Positions 42,601 through 57,600 of a stretch of DNA of 64,000 nucleotides are shown here, piece after piece (the stretch's first letter is position 1; every line of letters begins with the position of its first letter). The position numbers and the translations under genes were made by a program. A model generated the notes under the pieces. That model saw nothing but the letters and a program-made list of their open reading frames with translations. It did not search any database and was not told the DNA's origin. Source of the DNA: Paragordius varius (Eukaryota; Animalia; Nematomorpha). Location of the stretch: the NCBI GenBank assembly GCA_964247055.1, contig OZ176058.1, forward strand, positions 4,092,001-4,156,000. The letters are read 5' to 3'.

Positions 42601-45325
42601 TTTTTCCAACAATCAAATATGTTGCCCAATAGCTTTTTAGTATTTCCAACAATCAAACATATATTTTCAACAATCAAATAATTTTTCCAACAATCAAAAT
42701 ATGTTGCCCAATAACTTTTTAGTGTTTCCAACAATCAAACATATATTTTCGACAATCAAATAATTTTTCAAACAATCAAAATATGTTGCCCAATAACTTT
42801 TTAGTGTTTCCAACAATCAAACATATATTTTCAACAATCAAATAATTTTTCAATCAATCAAAATATGTTGCCCAATAGCTTTTTAGTATTTCCAACAATC
42901 AAACATATATTTTCAACAATCAAATAATTTTTCCAACAATTAAATTATGTTGTCTTTTAACTTTTTAATGTTTTCAACAAATCATATATTTTCAACAATC
43001 AAATAATTTCTCCAACAATCAAAATATGATGCCCAATAACTTTTTAGTGTTTCCAACAATGAAACATATATTTTCAACAATCAAATAATTTTTCAAACAA
43101 TCAAAATATGTTGCCCAATAGCTTTTTACTGTTTCCAACAATCAAACATATATTTTCAACAATCAAATAATTTTTCAAACAATCAAAATATGTTGCCCAA
43201 TAGCTTTTTAGTATTTCCAACAATCAAACATATATTTTCAACAATCAAATAATTTTTCCAACAATCAAAATATGTTGCCCAATAGCTTTTTAGTACTTCC
43301 AACAATCAAATAATTCCAACAATCAAAATTTGTTTTCTTTTAACTTTTTAGTGTTTCCAACAATCAAACATATATTTTCAACAATCAAATAATTTTTTTA
43401 ACAATCAAAATATGTTGCCCAATAGCTTTTTAGTATTTCCAACAATCAAATAATTTTTCCAACAATCAAAATATGTTTTCTTTTAACTTTTTAGTGTTTC
43501 CAACAATCAAACATATATTTTCAACAATCAAATAAATTTTCCAACAATCAAAATATGTTGCCCAATAGCTTTTTAGTATTTCCAACAATCAAACATATAT
43601 TTCCAACAATCAAATAATTTTTCCAACAATCAAAATATGTTTTCTTTTAACTTTTTAGTGTTTCCAACAATCAAACATATATTTTCAACAATCAAATAAA
43701 TTTTCCAACAATAAAAATATGTTGCCCAATAGCTTTTTAGTATTTCCAACAATCAAACATATATTTTCAACAATCAAATAATTTTTCCAACAATCAAAAT
43801 ATGTTTTCTTTTAACTTTTTAGTGTTTCCAACAACCAAACATATATTTTCAACAATCAAATAATTTTTACAACAATCAAAATATGTTGCCCAATAGCTTT
43901 TTAGTGTTTCCAACAATGAAACATATATTTTCAATAATCAAATAATTTTTCAAACAATCAAAATATGTTGCCCAATAGCTTTTTAGTGTTTCCAACAATC
44001 AAACATATATTTTCAACAAAATAATTTCCAACAAAATATGATGCCCAATAGCTTTTTAGTGTTTCTAATTTCCAACAATCAAAATTTGATTTCTTTTAAC
44101 TTTTTAGTGTTTCCAACAATCAAACATATATTTTCAACAATCAAATAATTTTCCCAACAATCTTATTATGTTGTCTTTTAACTTTTTAGTGTTTCCAACA
44201 ATCAAACATATATTTTCAAGAATCAAATAATTTTTCCAACAATCAAAATATGTTCCCCAATAGCTTTTTAGTATTTCCAACAATCAAACATATTTCAACA
44301 ATCAAATAATTTTTCCAACAATCAAATTATGTTGTCTTTTAACTTTTTAGTGTTTCCAACAATCAATCCAATATTTTCAACAATCAAATAATTTTCCAAC
44401 AATAAATATGTTGCCCAATAGTTTTTTACTGTTTCCAACAATTAAATAATTTTTTCAACAATCAAATTATGTTGTCTTTTAACTTTTTAGTGTTTCCAAC
44501 AATCAAACATATATTTTCAACAATAATTTTTCCAACAATCAAATATGTTGCCCAATAGCTTTTTAGTATTTCCAACAATCAAACATATATTTTCAACAAT
44601 CAAATAATTTTTCAAACAATCAAAATATGTTGCCCAATAGCTTTTTAGTATTTCCAACAATCAAACATATACAACAATCAAATAATTTTTCCAACAATCA
44701 AAATATGTTTTCTTTTAACTTTTTAGTGTTTCCAACAATCAAACATATATTTTCAACAATCAAATAATTTTTACAACAATCAAAATATGTTGCCCAATAG
44801 CTTAGTGTTTCCAACAATGAAACATATATTTTCAACAATCAAATAATTTTTCAAACAATCAAAATATGTTGCCCAATAGCTTTTTAGTGTTTCCAACAAT
44901 CAAACATATATTTTCAACAAAATAATTTCCAACAAAATATGATGCCCAATAGCTTTTTAGTGTATCTAAATTCCAACAATCAAAATTTGATTTCTTTTAA
45001 CTTTTTAGTGTTTCCAACAATCAAACATATATTTTCAACAATCAAATAATTTTTCCAACAATCAAAATATGTTCCCCAATAGCTTTTTAGTATTTCCAAC
45101 AATCAAACATATATTTTCAACAATCAAATAATTTTTCCAACAATCAAATTATGTTGTCTTTTAACTTTTTAGTGTTTCCAACAATCAATCATATATTTTC
45201 AACAATCAAATAATATTCCAACAATAAATATGTTGCCCAATAGTTTTTTACTGTTTCCAACAATCAAACATATATTTTCAACAATCAAATAATTTTTCAA
45301 ACAATCAAAATATGTTGCCCAATAG
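39652..45325 (+). repeat. Tandem duplication, period ~2827-2830 bp, 2 copies
   Basis: TAATGTTTTCAACAAATCAT 40141/42968, AAATTTGTTTTC 40501/43328, GTTCCCC 42241/45071 and TAATATTCC 42381/45211 match. The offset rises transiently to 2912 (+82) at 41881/44793. Confidence 0.9.
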
Positions 45326-46130
45326 CTTTTTAGTATTTCCAACAATCAAACATATACAACAATCAAATAATTTTTCCAACAATCAAATTATGTTGCCTTT
45401 TAACTTTTTAGTGTTTTCAACAATCAAACATATATTTTCAACAATCAAATAATTTTTCCAACAATCAAATTATGTTGCCCAATAGTTTTTTACTGTTTCC
45501 AACAATCAAACATATATTTTCAACAATCAAATAATTTTTCAAACAATCAAAATATGTTGCCCAATAGCTTTTTAGTATTTCCAACAATCAAACATATACA
45601 ACAATCAAATAATTTTTCAAACAATCAAAATATGTTCCCCAATAGCTTTTTAGTATTTCCAACAATCAAACATATATTTTCAACAATCAAATAATATTCC
45701 AACAATAAATATGTTGCCCAATAGTTTTTTACTGTTTCCAACAATCAAACATATATTTTCAACAATCAAATAATTTTTCAAACAATCAAAATATGTTGCC
45801 CAATAGCTTTTTAGTATTTCCAACAATCAAACATATACAACAATCAAATAATTTTTCCAACAATCAAATTATGTTGTCTTTTAACTTTTTAGTGTTTTCA
45901 ACAATCAATCATATATTTTCAACAATCAAATAATATTCCAACAATAAATATGTTGCCCAATAGTTTTTTACTGTTTCCAACAATCAAACATATATTTTCA
46001 ACAATCAAATAATTTTTCAAACAATGAAAATATGTTGCCCAATAGCTTTTTAGTATTTCCAACAATCAAACATATACAACAATCAAATAATTTTTCAAAT
46101 AATCAAAATATGTTCCCCAATAGCTTTTTA
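45190..46130 (+). repeat. Small emerging trimer HOR, period ~240 bp, 3-4 imperfect copies
   Basis: The CATATACAAC deletion variant occurs at 45351, 45593, 45832 and 46071. TAATATTCC occurs at 45211, 45692 and 45931. Confidence 0.7.
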
Positions 46131-47509
46131 GTATTTCCAACAATCAAACATATATTTTCAACAATCAAATAATTTTTCCAACAATCAAATTATGTTGTCT
46201 TTTAACTTTTTAGTGTTTCCAACAATCAATCATATATTTTCAACAAAATAATTTCCAACAAAATATGATGCCCAATAGCTTTTTAGTGTTTCTAATTTCC
46301 AACAATCAAAATTTGATTTCTTTTAACTTTTTAGTGTTTCCAACAATCAAACATATATTTTCAACAATCAAATAATTTTCCCAACAATCAAAATATGTTT
46401 TCTATTAACTTTTTAGTGTTTCCAACAATCAAACATATATTTTCAATAATTAAATAATTTCCAACAAAATATGATGCCCAATAGCTTTTTAGTCTTTCTA
46501 ATTTCCAACAATCAAAATTTGATTTCTTTTAACTTTTTAGTGTATCCAACAATCAAACATATATTTTCAACAATCAAATAATTTTCCCAACAATCTTATT
46601 ATGTTGTCTTTTAACATTTTAGTGTTTCCAACAATCAAATATATATTTTCAAGAATCAAATAATTTTTCCAACAATCAAAATATGTTCCCCAATAGCTTT
46701 TTAGTATTTCCAACAATCAAACATATATTTTCAACAATCAAATAATTTATCCAACAATCAAATTATGTTGTCTTTTAACTTTTTAGTGTTTCCAACAATC
46801 AATCATATATTTTAAACAATCAAATAATTTTCCAACAATAAATATGTTGCCCAATAGTTTTTTACTGTTTCCAACAATTAAATAATTTTTTCAACAATCA
46901 AATTATGTTGTCTTTTAACTTTTTAGTGTTTCCAACAATCAAACATATTTCAACAATCAAATAATTTATCCAACAATCAAATATGTTGCCCAATAGCTTT
47001 TAAGTATTTCCAACAATCAAACATATATTTTCAACAATCAAATAATTTTTCCAACAATCAAAATATGTTCTAATAACTTTTTAGTGTTTCCAACAATCAA
47101 ACATATATTTTCAACAATCAAATAATTTTTCAAACAATCAAAATATGTTGCCCAATAACTTTTTAGTGTTTCCAACAATCAAACATATATTTTCAATAAT
47201 CAAATAATTTTTCAAACAATCAAAATATGTTGCCCAATAGCTTTTTAGTATTTCCAACAATCAAACATATATTTTCAACAATCAAATAATTTTTCCAACA
47301 ATCGAATTATGTTGTCTTTTAACTTTTTAGTGTTTCCAACAATCAATCATATATTTTCAACAATCAAATAATTTTCCAACAATAAATATGTTGCCCAATA
47401 GTTTTTTACTGTTTCCAACAATTAAATAATTTTTTCAACAATCAAATTATGTTGTCTTTTAACTTTTTAGTGTTTCCAACAATCAAACATATATTTTCAA
47501 CAATCAAAT

Positions 47510-50330
47510 AATTTTTCCAACAATCAAATTATGTTGTCTTTTAACTTTATAGTGTTTTCAACAAACAATCATATATTTTCAACAATCAAATAATTTCTCC
47601 AACATTCAAAATATGATGCCCAATAACTCTTTAGTGTTTCCAACAATGAAACATATATTTTCAACAATCAAATAATTTTTCAAACAATCAAAATATGTTG
47701 CCCAATAGCTTTTTAGTGTTTCCAACAATCAAACATATATTTTCAACAATCAAATAATTTTTCAAACAATCAAAATATGTTGCCCAATAGCTTTTTAGTA
47801 TTTCCAACAATCAAACATATATTTTCAACAATCAAATAATTTTTCCAACAATCAAAATATTTTGCCCAATAGCTTTTTAGTACTTCCAACAATCAAATAA
47901 TTTTTCCAACAATCAAAATATGTTTTCTTTAACTTTTTAGTGTTTCCAACAATCAAACACATATTTTCAACAATCAAATAATTTTTTTAACAATCAAAAT
48001 ATGTTGCCCAATAGCTTTTTAGTATTTCCAACAATCAAATAATTTTTCCAACAATCAAAATATGTTTTCTTTTAACTTTTTAGTGTTTCCAACAATCAAA
48101 CATATATTTCAACAATCAAATAAATTTTCCAACAATCAAAATATGTTGCCCAATAGCTTTTTAGTATTTCCAACAATCAAACATATATTTTCAACAATCA
48201 AATAATTTTTCCAACAATCGAATTATGTTGTCTTTTAACTTTTTAGTGTTTCCAACAATCAATCATATATTTTCAACAATCAAATAATTTTCCAACAATA
48301 AATATGTTGCCCAATAGTTTTTTACTGTTTCCAACAATTAAATAATTTTTTCAACAATCAAATTATGTTGTCTTTTAACTTTTTAGTGTTTCCAACAATC
48401 AAACATATATTTTCAACAATCAAATAATTTTTCCAACAATCAAAATATGTTTTCTTTTAACTTTTTAGTGTTTCCAACAATCAAACATATATTTTCAACA
48501 ATCAAATAATTTTTACAACAATCAAAATATGTTGCCCAATAGCTTTTTAGTGTTTCCAACAATGAAACTTATATTTTCAACAATCAAATAATTTTTCAAA
48601 CAATCAAAATATGTTGCCCAATAGCTTTTTAGTGTTTCCAACAATCAAACATATATTTTCAACAATCAAATAATTTTTCAAACAATCAAAATATGTTCCC
48701 CAATAGCTTTTTAGTATTTCCAACAATCAAACATATATTTTCAACAATCAAATAATTTTTCCAACAATCAAATTATGTTGTCTTTTAACTTTTTAGTGTT
48801 TCTAACAATCTATCATATATTTTCAACAAAATAATTTCCAACAAAATATGATGCCCAATAGCTTTTTAGTGTTTCTAATTTCCAACAATCAAAATTTGAT
48901 TTGTTTTAACTTTTTAGTGTTTCCAACAATCAAACATATATTTTCAACAATCAAATAATTTTCCCAACAATCAAAATATGTTTTCTATTAACTTTTTAGT
49001 GTTTCCAACAATCAAACATATATTTTCAACAATCAAATAATTTCCAACAAAATATGATGCCCAATAGCTTTTTAGTGTTTCTAATTTCCAACAATGAAAA
49101 TTTGATTTCTTTTAACTTTTTAGTGTTTTCAACAATCAAACATATATTTTCAACAATCAAATAATTTTTCCAACAATCAAATTATGTTGTCTTTTAACTT
49201 TATAGTGTTTTCAACAATCAATCATATATTTTCAACAATCAAATAATTTCTCCAACAATCAAAATATGATGCCCAATAACTTTTTAGTGTTTCCAACAAT
49301 GAAACATATATTTTCAACAATCAAATAATTTTTCAAACAATCAAAATATGTTGCCCAATAGCTTTTTAGTGTTTCCAACAATCAAACATATATTTTCAAC
49401 AATCAAATAATTTTTCAAACAATCAAAATATGTTGCCCAATAGCTTTTTAGTATTTCCAACAATCAAACATATATTTTCAACAATCAAATAATTTTTCCA
49501 ACAATCAAAATATGTTGCCCAATAGCTTTTTAGTACTTCCAACAATCAAATAATTTTTTTAACAATCAAAATATGTTTTCTTTTAACTTTTTAGTGTTTC
49601 CAACAATCAAACATATATTTTCAACAATCAAATAATTTTTTTAACAATCAAAATATTTGCCCAATAGCTTTTTAGTATTTCCAACAATCAAATAATTTTT
49701 CCAACAATCAAAATATGTTTTCTTTTAACTTTTTAGTGTTTCCAACAATCAAACATATATTTCAACAATCAAATAAATTTTCCAACAATCAAAATATGTT
49801 GCCCAATAGCTTTTTAGTATTTCCAACAATCAAACATATATTTTCAACAATCAAATAATTTTTCCAACAATCAAATTATGTTGTCTTTTAACTTTTTAGT
49901 GTTTCCAACAATCAATCATATATTTTCAACAATCAAATAATTTTCCAACAATAAATATGTTGCCCAATAGTTTTTTACTGTTTCCAACAATTAAATAATT
50001 TTTTCAACAATCAAATTATGTTGTCTTTTAACTTTTTAGTGTTTCCAACAATCAAACATATATTTTCAACAATCAAATAATTTTTCCAACAATCAAAATA
50101 TGTTTTCTTTTAACTTTTTAGTGTTTCCAACAATCAAACATATATTTTCAACAATCAAATAATTTTTACAACAATCAAAATATGTTGCCCAATAGCTTTT
50201 TAGTGTTTCCAACAATGAAACTTATATTTTCAACAATCAAATAATTTTTCAAACAATCAAAATATGTTGCCCAATAGCTTTTTAGTGTTTCCAACAATCA
50301 AACATATATTTTCAACAATCAAATAATTTT
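47510..50330 (+). repeat. Tandem duplication, period 1653 bp, ~1.7 copies
   Basis: ACTTTATAGTG 47544/49197 and ATGAAACTTAT 48568/50221 are both at +1653. Confidence 0.75.
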
Positions 50331-50849
50331 TCAAACAATCAAAATATGTTGCCCAATAGCTTTTTAGTGTTTCCAACAATGAAACATATATTTTCACAAT
50401 CAAATAATTTTTCAAACAATCAAAATATGTTGTCTTTTAACTTTTTAGTGTTTCCAACAATCAATCATATATTTTCAACAATCAAATAATTTCCAACAAA
50501 ATATGATGCACAATAGCTTTTTAGTGTTTCTAATTTCCAACAATCAAAATTTGATTTCTTTTAACTTTTTAGTGTTTCCAACAATCAAACATATATTTTC
50601 AACAATCAAATAATTTTTCAAACAATCAAAATATGTTGCCCAATAGCTTTTTAGTGTTTCCAACAATCAAACATATATTTTCAACAATCAAATAATTTTT
50701 CAAACAATCAAAATATGTTGCCCAATAGCTTTTTAGTATTTCCAACAATCAAACATATATTTTCAACAATCAAATAATTTTTCAAACAATCAAAATATGT
50801 TGCCCAATAGCTTTTTAGTGTTTCCAACAATCAAACATATATTTTCAAC

Positions 50850-53800
50850 AATCAAATAATTTTTCAAACAATCAAAATATGTTCCCCAATAGCTTTTTAG
50901 TATTTCCAACAATCAAACATATATTTTCAACAATCAAATAATTTTTCCAACAATCAAATTATGTTGTCTTTTAACTTTTTAGTGTTTCCAACAATCAATC
51001 ATATATTTTCAACAAAATAATTTCCAACAAAATATGATGCCCAATAGCTTTTTAGTGTTTCTAATTTCCAACAATCAAAATTTGATTTCTTTTAACTTTT
51101 TAGTGTTTCCAACAATCAAACATATATTTTCAACAATCAAATAATTTTCCCAACAATCAAAATATGTTTTCTATTAACTTTTTAGTGTTTCCAACAATCA
51201 AACATATATTTTCAACAATCAAATAATTTCCAACAAAATATGATGCCCAATAGCTTTTTAGTGTTTCTAATTTCCAACAATCAAAATTTGATTTCTTTTA
51301 ACTTTTTAGTGTTTCCAACAATCAAACATATATTTTCAACAATCAAATAATTTTTCCAACAATCAAAATATGTTTTCTTTTAACTTTTTAGTGTTTCCAA
51401 CAATCAAACATATATTTTCAACAATCAAATAATTTTTTTAACAATCAAATAATTTTTTTAACAATCAAAATATGTTGCCAAATAGCTTTTTAATATTTCC
51501 AACAATCAAATAATTTTTCCAACAATCAAAATATGTTGTCTTTTAACTTTTTAGTGTTTCCAACAATCAAACATATATTTTCAACAATCAAATAATTTTT
51601 CCAACAATCAAAATATGTTGCCCAATAGCTTTTTAGTATTTCCAACAATCAAACATATATTTTCAACAATCAAATAATTTTTCCAACAATCAAAATATGT
51701 TTTCGTTTAACTTTTTAGTGTTTCCAACAATCAAACATATATTTTCAACAATCAAATAATTTTTACAACAATCAAAATATGTTGCCCAATAGCTTTTTAG
51801 TGTTTCCAACAATGAAACATATATTTTCACAATCAAATAATTTTTCAAACAATCAAAATATGTTGTCTTTTAACTTTTTAGTGTTTCCAACAATCAATCA
51901 TATATTTTCAACAATCAAATAATTTCCAACAAAATATGATGCCCAATAGCTTTTTAGTGTTTCTAATTTCCAACAATCAAAATTTGATTTCTTTTAACTT
52001 TTTAGTGTTTCCAACAATCAAACATATATTTTCAACAATCAAATAATTTTTCAAACAATCAAAATATGTTGCCCAATAGCTTTTTAGTGTTTCCAACAAT
52101 CAAACATATATTTTCAACAATCAAATAATTTTTCAAACAATCAAAATATGTTGCCCAATAGCTTTTTAGTATTTCCAACAATCAAACATATATTTTCAAC
52201 AATCAAATAATTTTTCCAAACAATCACAATATGTTGCCCAATAGCTTTTTAGTACTTCCAACAATCAAATAATTTTTCCAACAATCAAAATATGTTTTCT
52301 TTTAACTTTTTAGTGTTTCCAACAATCAAACATATATTTTCAACAATCAAATAATTTTTTTAACAATCAAAATATGTTGCCCAATAGCTTTTTAGTATTT
52401 CCAACAATCAAATAATTTTTCCAACAATCAAAATATGTTTTCTTTTATCTTTTTAGTGTTTCCAACAATCAAACATATGTTTCAACAATCAAATAAATTT
52501 TCCAACAATCAAAATATGTTGCCAATAGCTTTTTAGTATTTCCAACAATCAAACATATATTTTCAACAATCAAATAATTTTTCCAACAATCGAATTATGT
52601 TGTCTTTTAACTTTTTAGTGTTTCCAACAATCAATCATATATTTTCAACAATCAAATAATTTTCCAACAATAAATATGTTGCCCAATAGTTTTTTACTGT
52701 TTCCAACAATTAAATAATTTTTTCAACAATCAAATCATGTTGTCTTTTAACTTTTTAGTGTTTCCAACAATCAAACATATATTTTCAACAATCAAATAAT
52801 TTTTCCAACAATCAAAATATGTTTTCTTTTAACTTTTTAGTGTTTCCAACAATCAAACATATATTTTCAACAATCAAATAATTTTTACAACAATCAAAAT
52901 ATGTTGCCCAATAGCTTTTTAGTGTTTCCAACAATGAAACATATATTTTCAACAATCAAATAATTTTTCAAACAATCAAAATATGTTGCCCAATAGCTTT
53001 TTAGTGTTTCCAACAATCAAACATATATTTTCAACAATCAAATAATTTTTCAAACAATCAAAATTTGTTCCCCAATAGCTTTTTAGTATTTCCAACAATC
53101 AAACATATATTTTCAACAATCAAATAATTTTTCCAACAATCAAATTATGTTGTCTTTTAACTTTTTAGTGTTTCCAACAATCAATCATATATTTTCAACA
53201 AAATAATTTCCAACAAAATATGATGCCCAATAGCTTTTTAGTGTTTCTAATTTCCAACAATCAAAATTTGATTTCTTTTAACTTTTTAGTGTTTCCAACA
53301 ATCAAACATATATTTTCAACAATCAAATAATTTTCCCAACAATCAAAATATGTTTTCTATTAACTTTTTAGTGTTTCCAACAATCAAACATATATTTTCA
53401 ACAATCAAATAATTTCCAACAAAATATGATGCCCAATAGCTTTTTAGTGTTTCTAATTTCCAACAATCAAAATTTGATTTCTTTTAACTTTTTAGTGTTT
53501 AAACAATCAAACATATATTTTCAACAATCAAATAATTTTTCCAACAATCAAAATATGTTCTTTTAACTTTTTAGTGTTCCAACAATCAAACATATATTTT
53601 CAACAATCAAATAATTTTTTTAACAATCAAATAATTTTTTTAACATATGTTGCCAAATAGCTTTTTAGTATTTCCAACAATCAAATAATTTTTCCAACAA
53701 TCAAAATATGTTGTCTTTTAACTTTTTAGTGTTTCCAACAATCAAACATATATTTTCAACAAACAAATAATTTTTCCAACAATCAAAATATGTTGCCCAA

Positions 53801-54680
53801 TAGCTTTTTAGTATTTCCAACAATCAAACATATATTTTCAACAATCAAATAATTTTTCCAACAATCAAAATATGTTTTCGTTTAACTTTTTAGTTTTCCA
53901 ACAATCAAACATATATTTTCAACAATCAAATAATTTTTACAACAATCAAAATATGTTGTCCAATAGCTTTTTAGTGTTTCCAACAATGAAACATATATTT
54001 TCAACAATCAAATAATTTTTCAAACAATCAAAATATGTTGTCTTTTAACTTTTTAGTGTTTCCAACAATCAATCATATATTTTCAACAATCAAATAATTT
54101 CCAACAAAATATGATGCACAATAGCTTTTTAGTGTTTCTAATTTCCAACAATCAAAATTTGATTTCTTTTAACTTTTTAGTGTTTCCAACAATCAAACAT
54201 ATATTTTCAACAATCAAATAATTTTTCAAACAATCAAAATATGTTGCCCAATAGCTTTTTAGTGTTTCCAACAATCAAACATATATTTTCAACAATCAAA
54301 TAATTTTTCAAACAATCAAAATATGTTGCCCAATAGCTTTTTAGTATTTCCAACAATCAAACATATATTTTCAACAATCAAATAATTTTTCCAACAATCA
54401 AAATATGTTGCCCAATAGCTTTTTAGTACTTCCAACAATCAAATAATTTTTCCAACAATCAAAATATGTTTTCTTTTAACTTTTTAGTGTTTCCAACAAT
54501 CAAACATATATTTTCAACAATCAAATAATTTTTTTAACAATCAAAATATGTTGTCCAATAGTTTTTTAGTATTTCCAACAATCAAATAATTTTTCCAACA
54601 ATCAAAATATGTTTTCTTTTAACTTTTTAGTGTTTCCAACAATCAAACATATATTTCAACAATCAAATAAATTTTCCAAC
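50850..54680 (+). repeat. Near-tandem duplication at offset ~2175-2185 bp (50850-52500; 53030-54680)
   Basis: Doubled C subunit + GCCAAATAG 51477/53652, TTTTCGTTTAAC 51705/53880 and AGTACTTCC 52251/54425 match. Confidence 0.8.
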
Positions 54681-57600
54681 AATCAAAATATGTTGCCCAA
54701 TAGCTTTTTAGTATTTCCAACAATCAAACATATATTTTCAACAATCAAATAATTTTTCCAACAATCAAAATATGTTTTCTTTTAACTTTTTAGTGTTTCC
54801 AACAATCAAACATATATTTTCAACAATCAAATAATTTTTACAACAATCAAAATATGTTGCCCAATAGCTTTTTAGTGTTTCCAACAATGAAACATATATT
54901 TTCAACAATCAAATAATTTTTCAAACAATCAAAATATGTTGCCCAATAGCTTTTTAGTGTTTCCAACAATCAAACATATATTTTCAACAATCAAATAATT
55001 TTTCAAACAATCAAAATATGTTCCCCAATAGCTTTTTAGTATTTCCAACAATCAAACATATATTTTCAACAATCAAATAATTTTTCCAACAATCAAATTA
55101 TGTTGTCTTTTAACTTTTTAGTGTTTCCAACAATCAATCATATATTTTCAACAAAATAATTTCCAACAAAATATGATGCCCAATAGCTTTTTAGTGTTTC
55201 TAATTTCCAACAATCAAAATTTGATTTCTTTTAACTTTTTAGTGTTTCCAACAATCAAACATATATTTTCAACAATCAAATAATTTTCCCAACAATCAAA
55301 ATATGTTTTCTATTAACTTTTTAGTGTTTCCAACAATCAAACATATATTTTCAACAATCAAATAATTTCCAACAAAATATGATGCCCAATAGCTTTTTAG
55401 TGTTTCTAATTTCCAACAATCAAAATTTGATTTCTTTTAACTTTTTAGTGTATCCAACAATCAAACATATATTTTCAACAATCAAATAATTTTCCCAACA
55501 ATCTTATTATGTTGCCTTTTAACTTTTTAGTGTTTCCAACAATCAAACATATATTTTCAAGAATCAAATAATTTTTCCAACAATCAAAATATGTTCCCCA
55601 ATAGCATTTTAGTATTTCCAACAATCAAACATATATTTTCAACAATCAAATAATTTTTCCAACAATCAAATTATGTTGTCTTTTAACTTTTTAGTGTTTC
55701 CAACAATCTATCATATATTTTAAACAATCAAATAATTTTCCAACAATAAATATGTTGCCCAATAGTTTTTTACTGTTTCCAACAATTAAATAATTTTTTC
55801 AACAATCAAATTATGTTGTCTTTTAACTTTTTAGTGTTTCCAACAATCAAACATATTTCAACAATCAAATAATTTTTCCAACAATCAAATATGTTGCCCA
55901 ATAGCTTTTTAGTATTTCCAACAATCAAACATATATTTTCAACAATCAAATAATTTTTCCAACAATCAAAATATGTTCTAATAACTTTTTAGTGTTTCCA
56001 ACAATCAAACATATATTTTCAACAATCAAATAATTTTTCAAACAATCAAAATATGTTGCCCAATAACTTTTTAGTGTTTCCAACAATCAATCATATATTT
56101 TCAACAATCAAATAATTTTCCAACAATAAATATGTTGCCCAATAGTTTTTTACTGTTTCCAACAATTAAATAATTTTTTCAACAATCAAATTATGTTGTC
56201 TTTTAACTTTTTAGTGTTTCCAACAATCAAACATATATTTTCAACAATCAAATAATTTTTTCAACAATCAAAATATGTTTTCTTTTAACTTTTTAGTGTT
56301 TCCAACAATGAAACATATATTTTCAACAATCAAATAATTTTTCAAAATCAAAATATGTTGCCCAATAGCTTTTTAGTGTTTCCAACACTCAAACATATAT
56401 TTTCAACAATCAAATAATTTTTCAAACAATCAAAATATGTTGCCCAATAGCTTTTTAGTATTTCCAACAATCAAACATATATTTTCAACAATCAAATAAT
56501 TTTTCCAACAATCAAACATATATTTTCAACAATCAAATAATTTTTCAAACAATCAAAATATGTTCCCCAATAGCTTTTTAGTATTTCCAACAATCAAACA
56601 TATATTTTCAACAATCAAATAATTTTTCCAACAATCAAATTATGTTGTCTTTTAACTTTTTAGTGTTTCCAACAATCAATCATATATTTTCAACAAAATA
56701 ATTTCCACCAAAATATGATGCCCAATAGCTTTTTAGTGTTTCTAATTTCCAACAATCAAAATTTGATTTCTTTTAACTTTTTAGTGTTTCCAACAATCAA
56801 ACATATATTTTCAACAATCAAATAATTTTCCCAACAATCAAAATATGTTTTCTATTAACTTTTTAGTGTTTCCAACAATCAATCATATATTTTCAACAAA
56901 ATAATTTCCAACAAAATATGATGTCCAATAGCTTTTTAGTGTTTCTAATTTCCAACAATCAAAATTTGATTTCTTTTAACTTTTTAGTGTTTCCAACAAT
57001 CAAAAATATATTTTCAACAATCAAATAATTTTCCCAATAATCTTATTATGTTGTCTTTTAACTTTTTAGTGTTTCCAACAATCAAACATATATTTTCAAG
57101 AATCAAATAATTTTTCCAACAATCAAAATATGTTCCCCAATAGCATTTTAGTATTTCCAACAATCAAACATATATTTTCAACAATCAAATAATTTTTCCA
57201 ACAATCAAATTATGTTGTCTTTTAACTTTTTAGTGTTTCCAACAATCTATCATATATTTTAAACAATCAAATAATTTTCCAACAATAAATATGTTGCCCA
57301 ATAGTTTTTTACTGTTTCCAACAATTAAATAATTTTTTCAACAATCAAATTATGTTGTCTTTTAACTTTTTAGTGTTTCCAACAATCAAACATATTTCAA
57401 CAATCAAATAATTTTTCCAACAATCAAATATGTTGCCCAATAGCTTTTTAGTATTTCCAACAATCAAACATATATTTTCAACAATCAAATAATTTTTCCA
57501 ACAATCAAAATATGTTCTAATAACTTTTTAGTGTTTCCAACAATCAAACATATATTTTCAACAATCAAATAATTTTTCAAACAATCAAAATATGTTGCCC

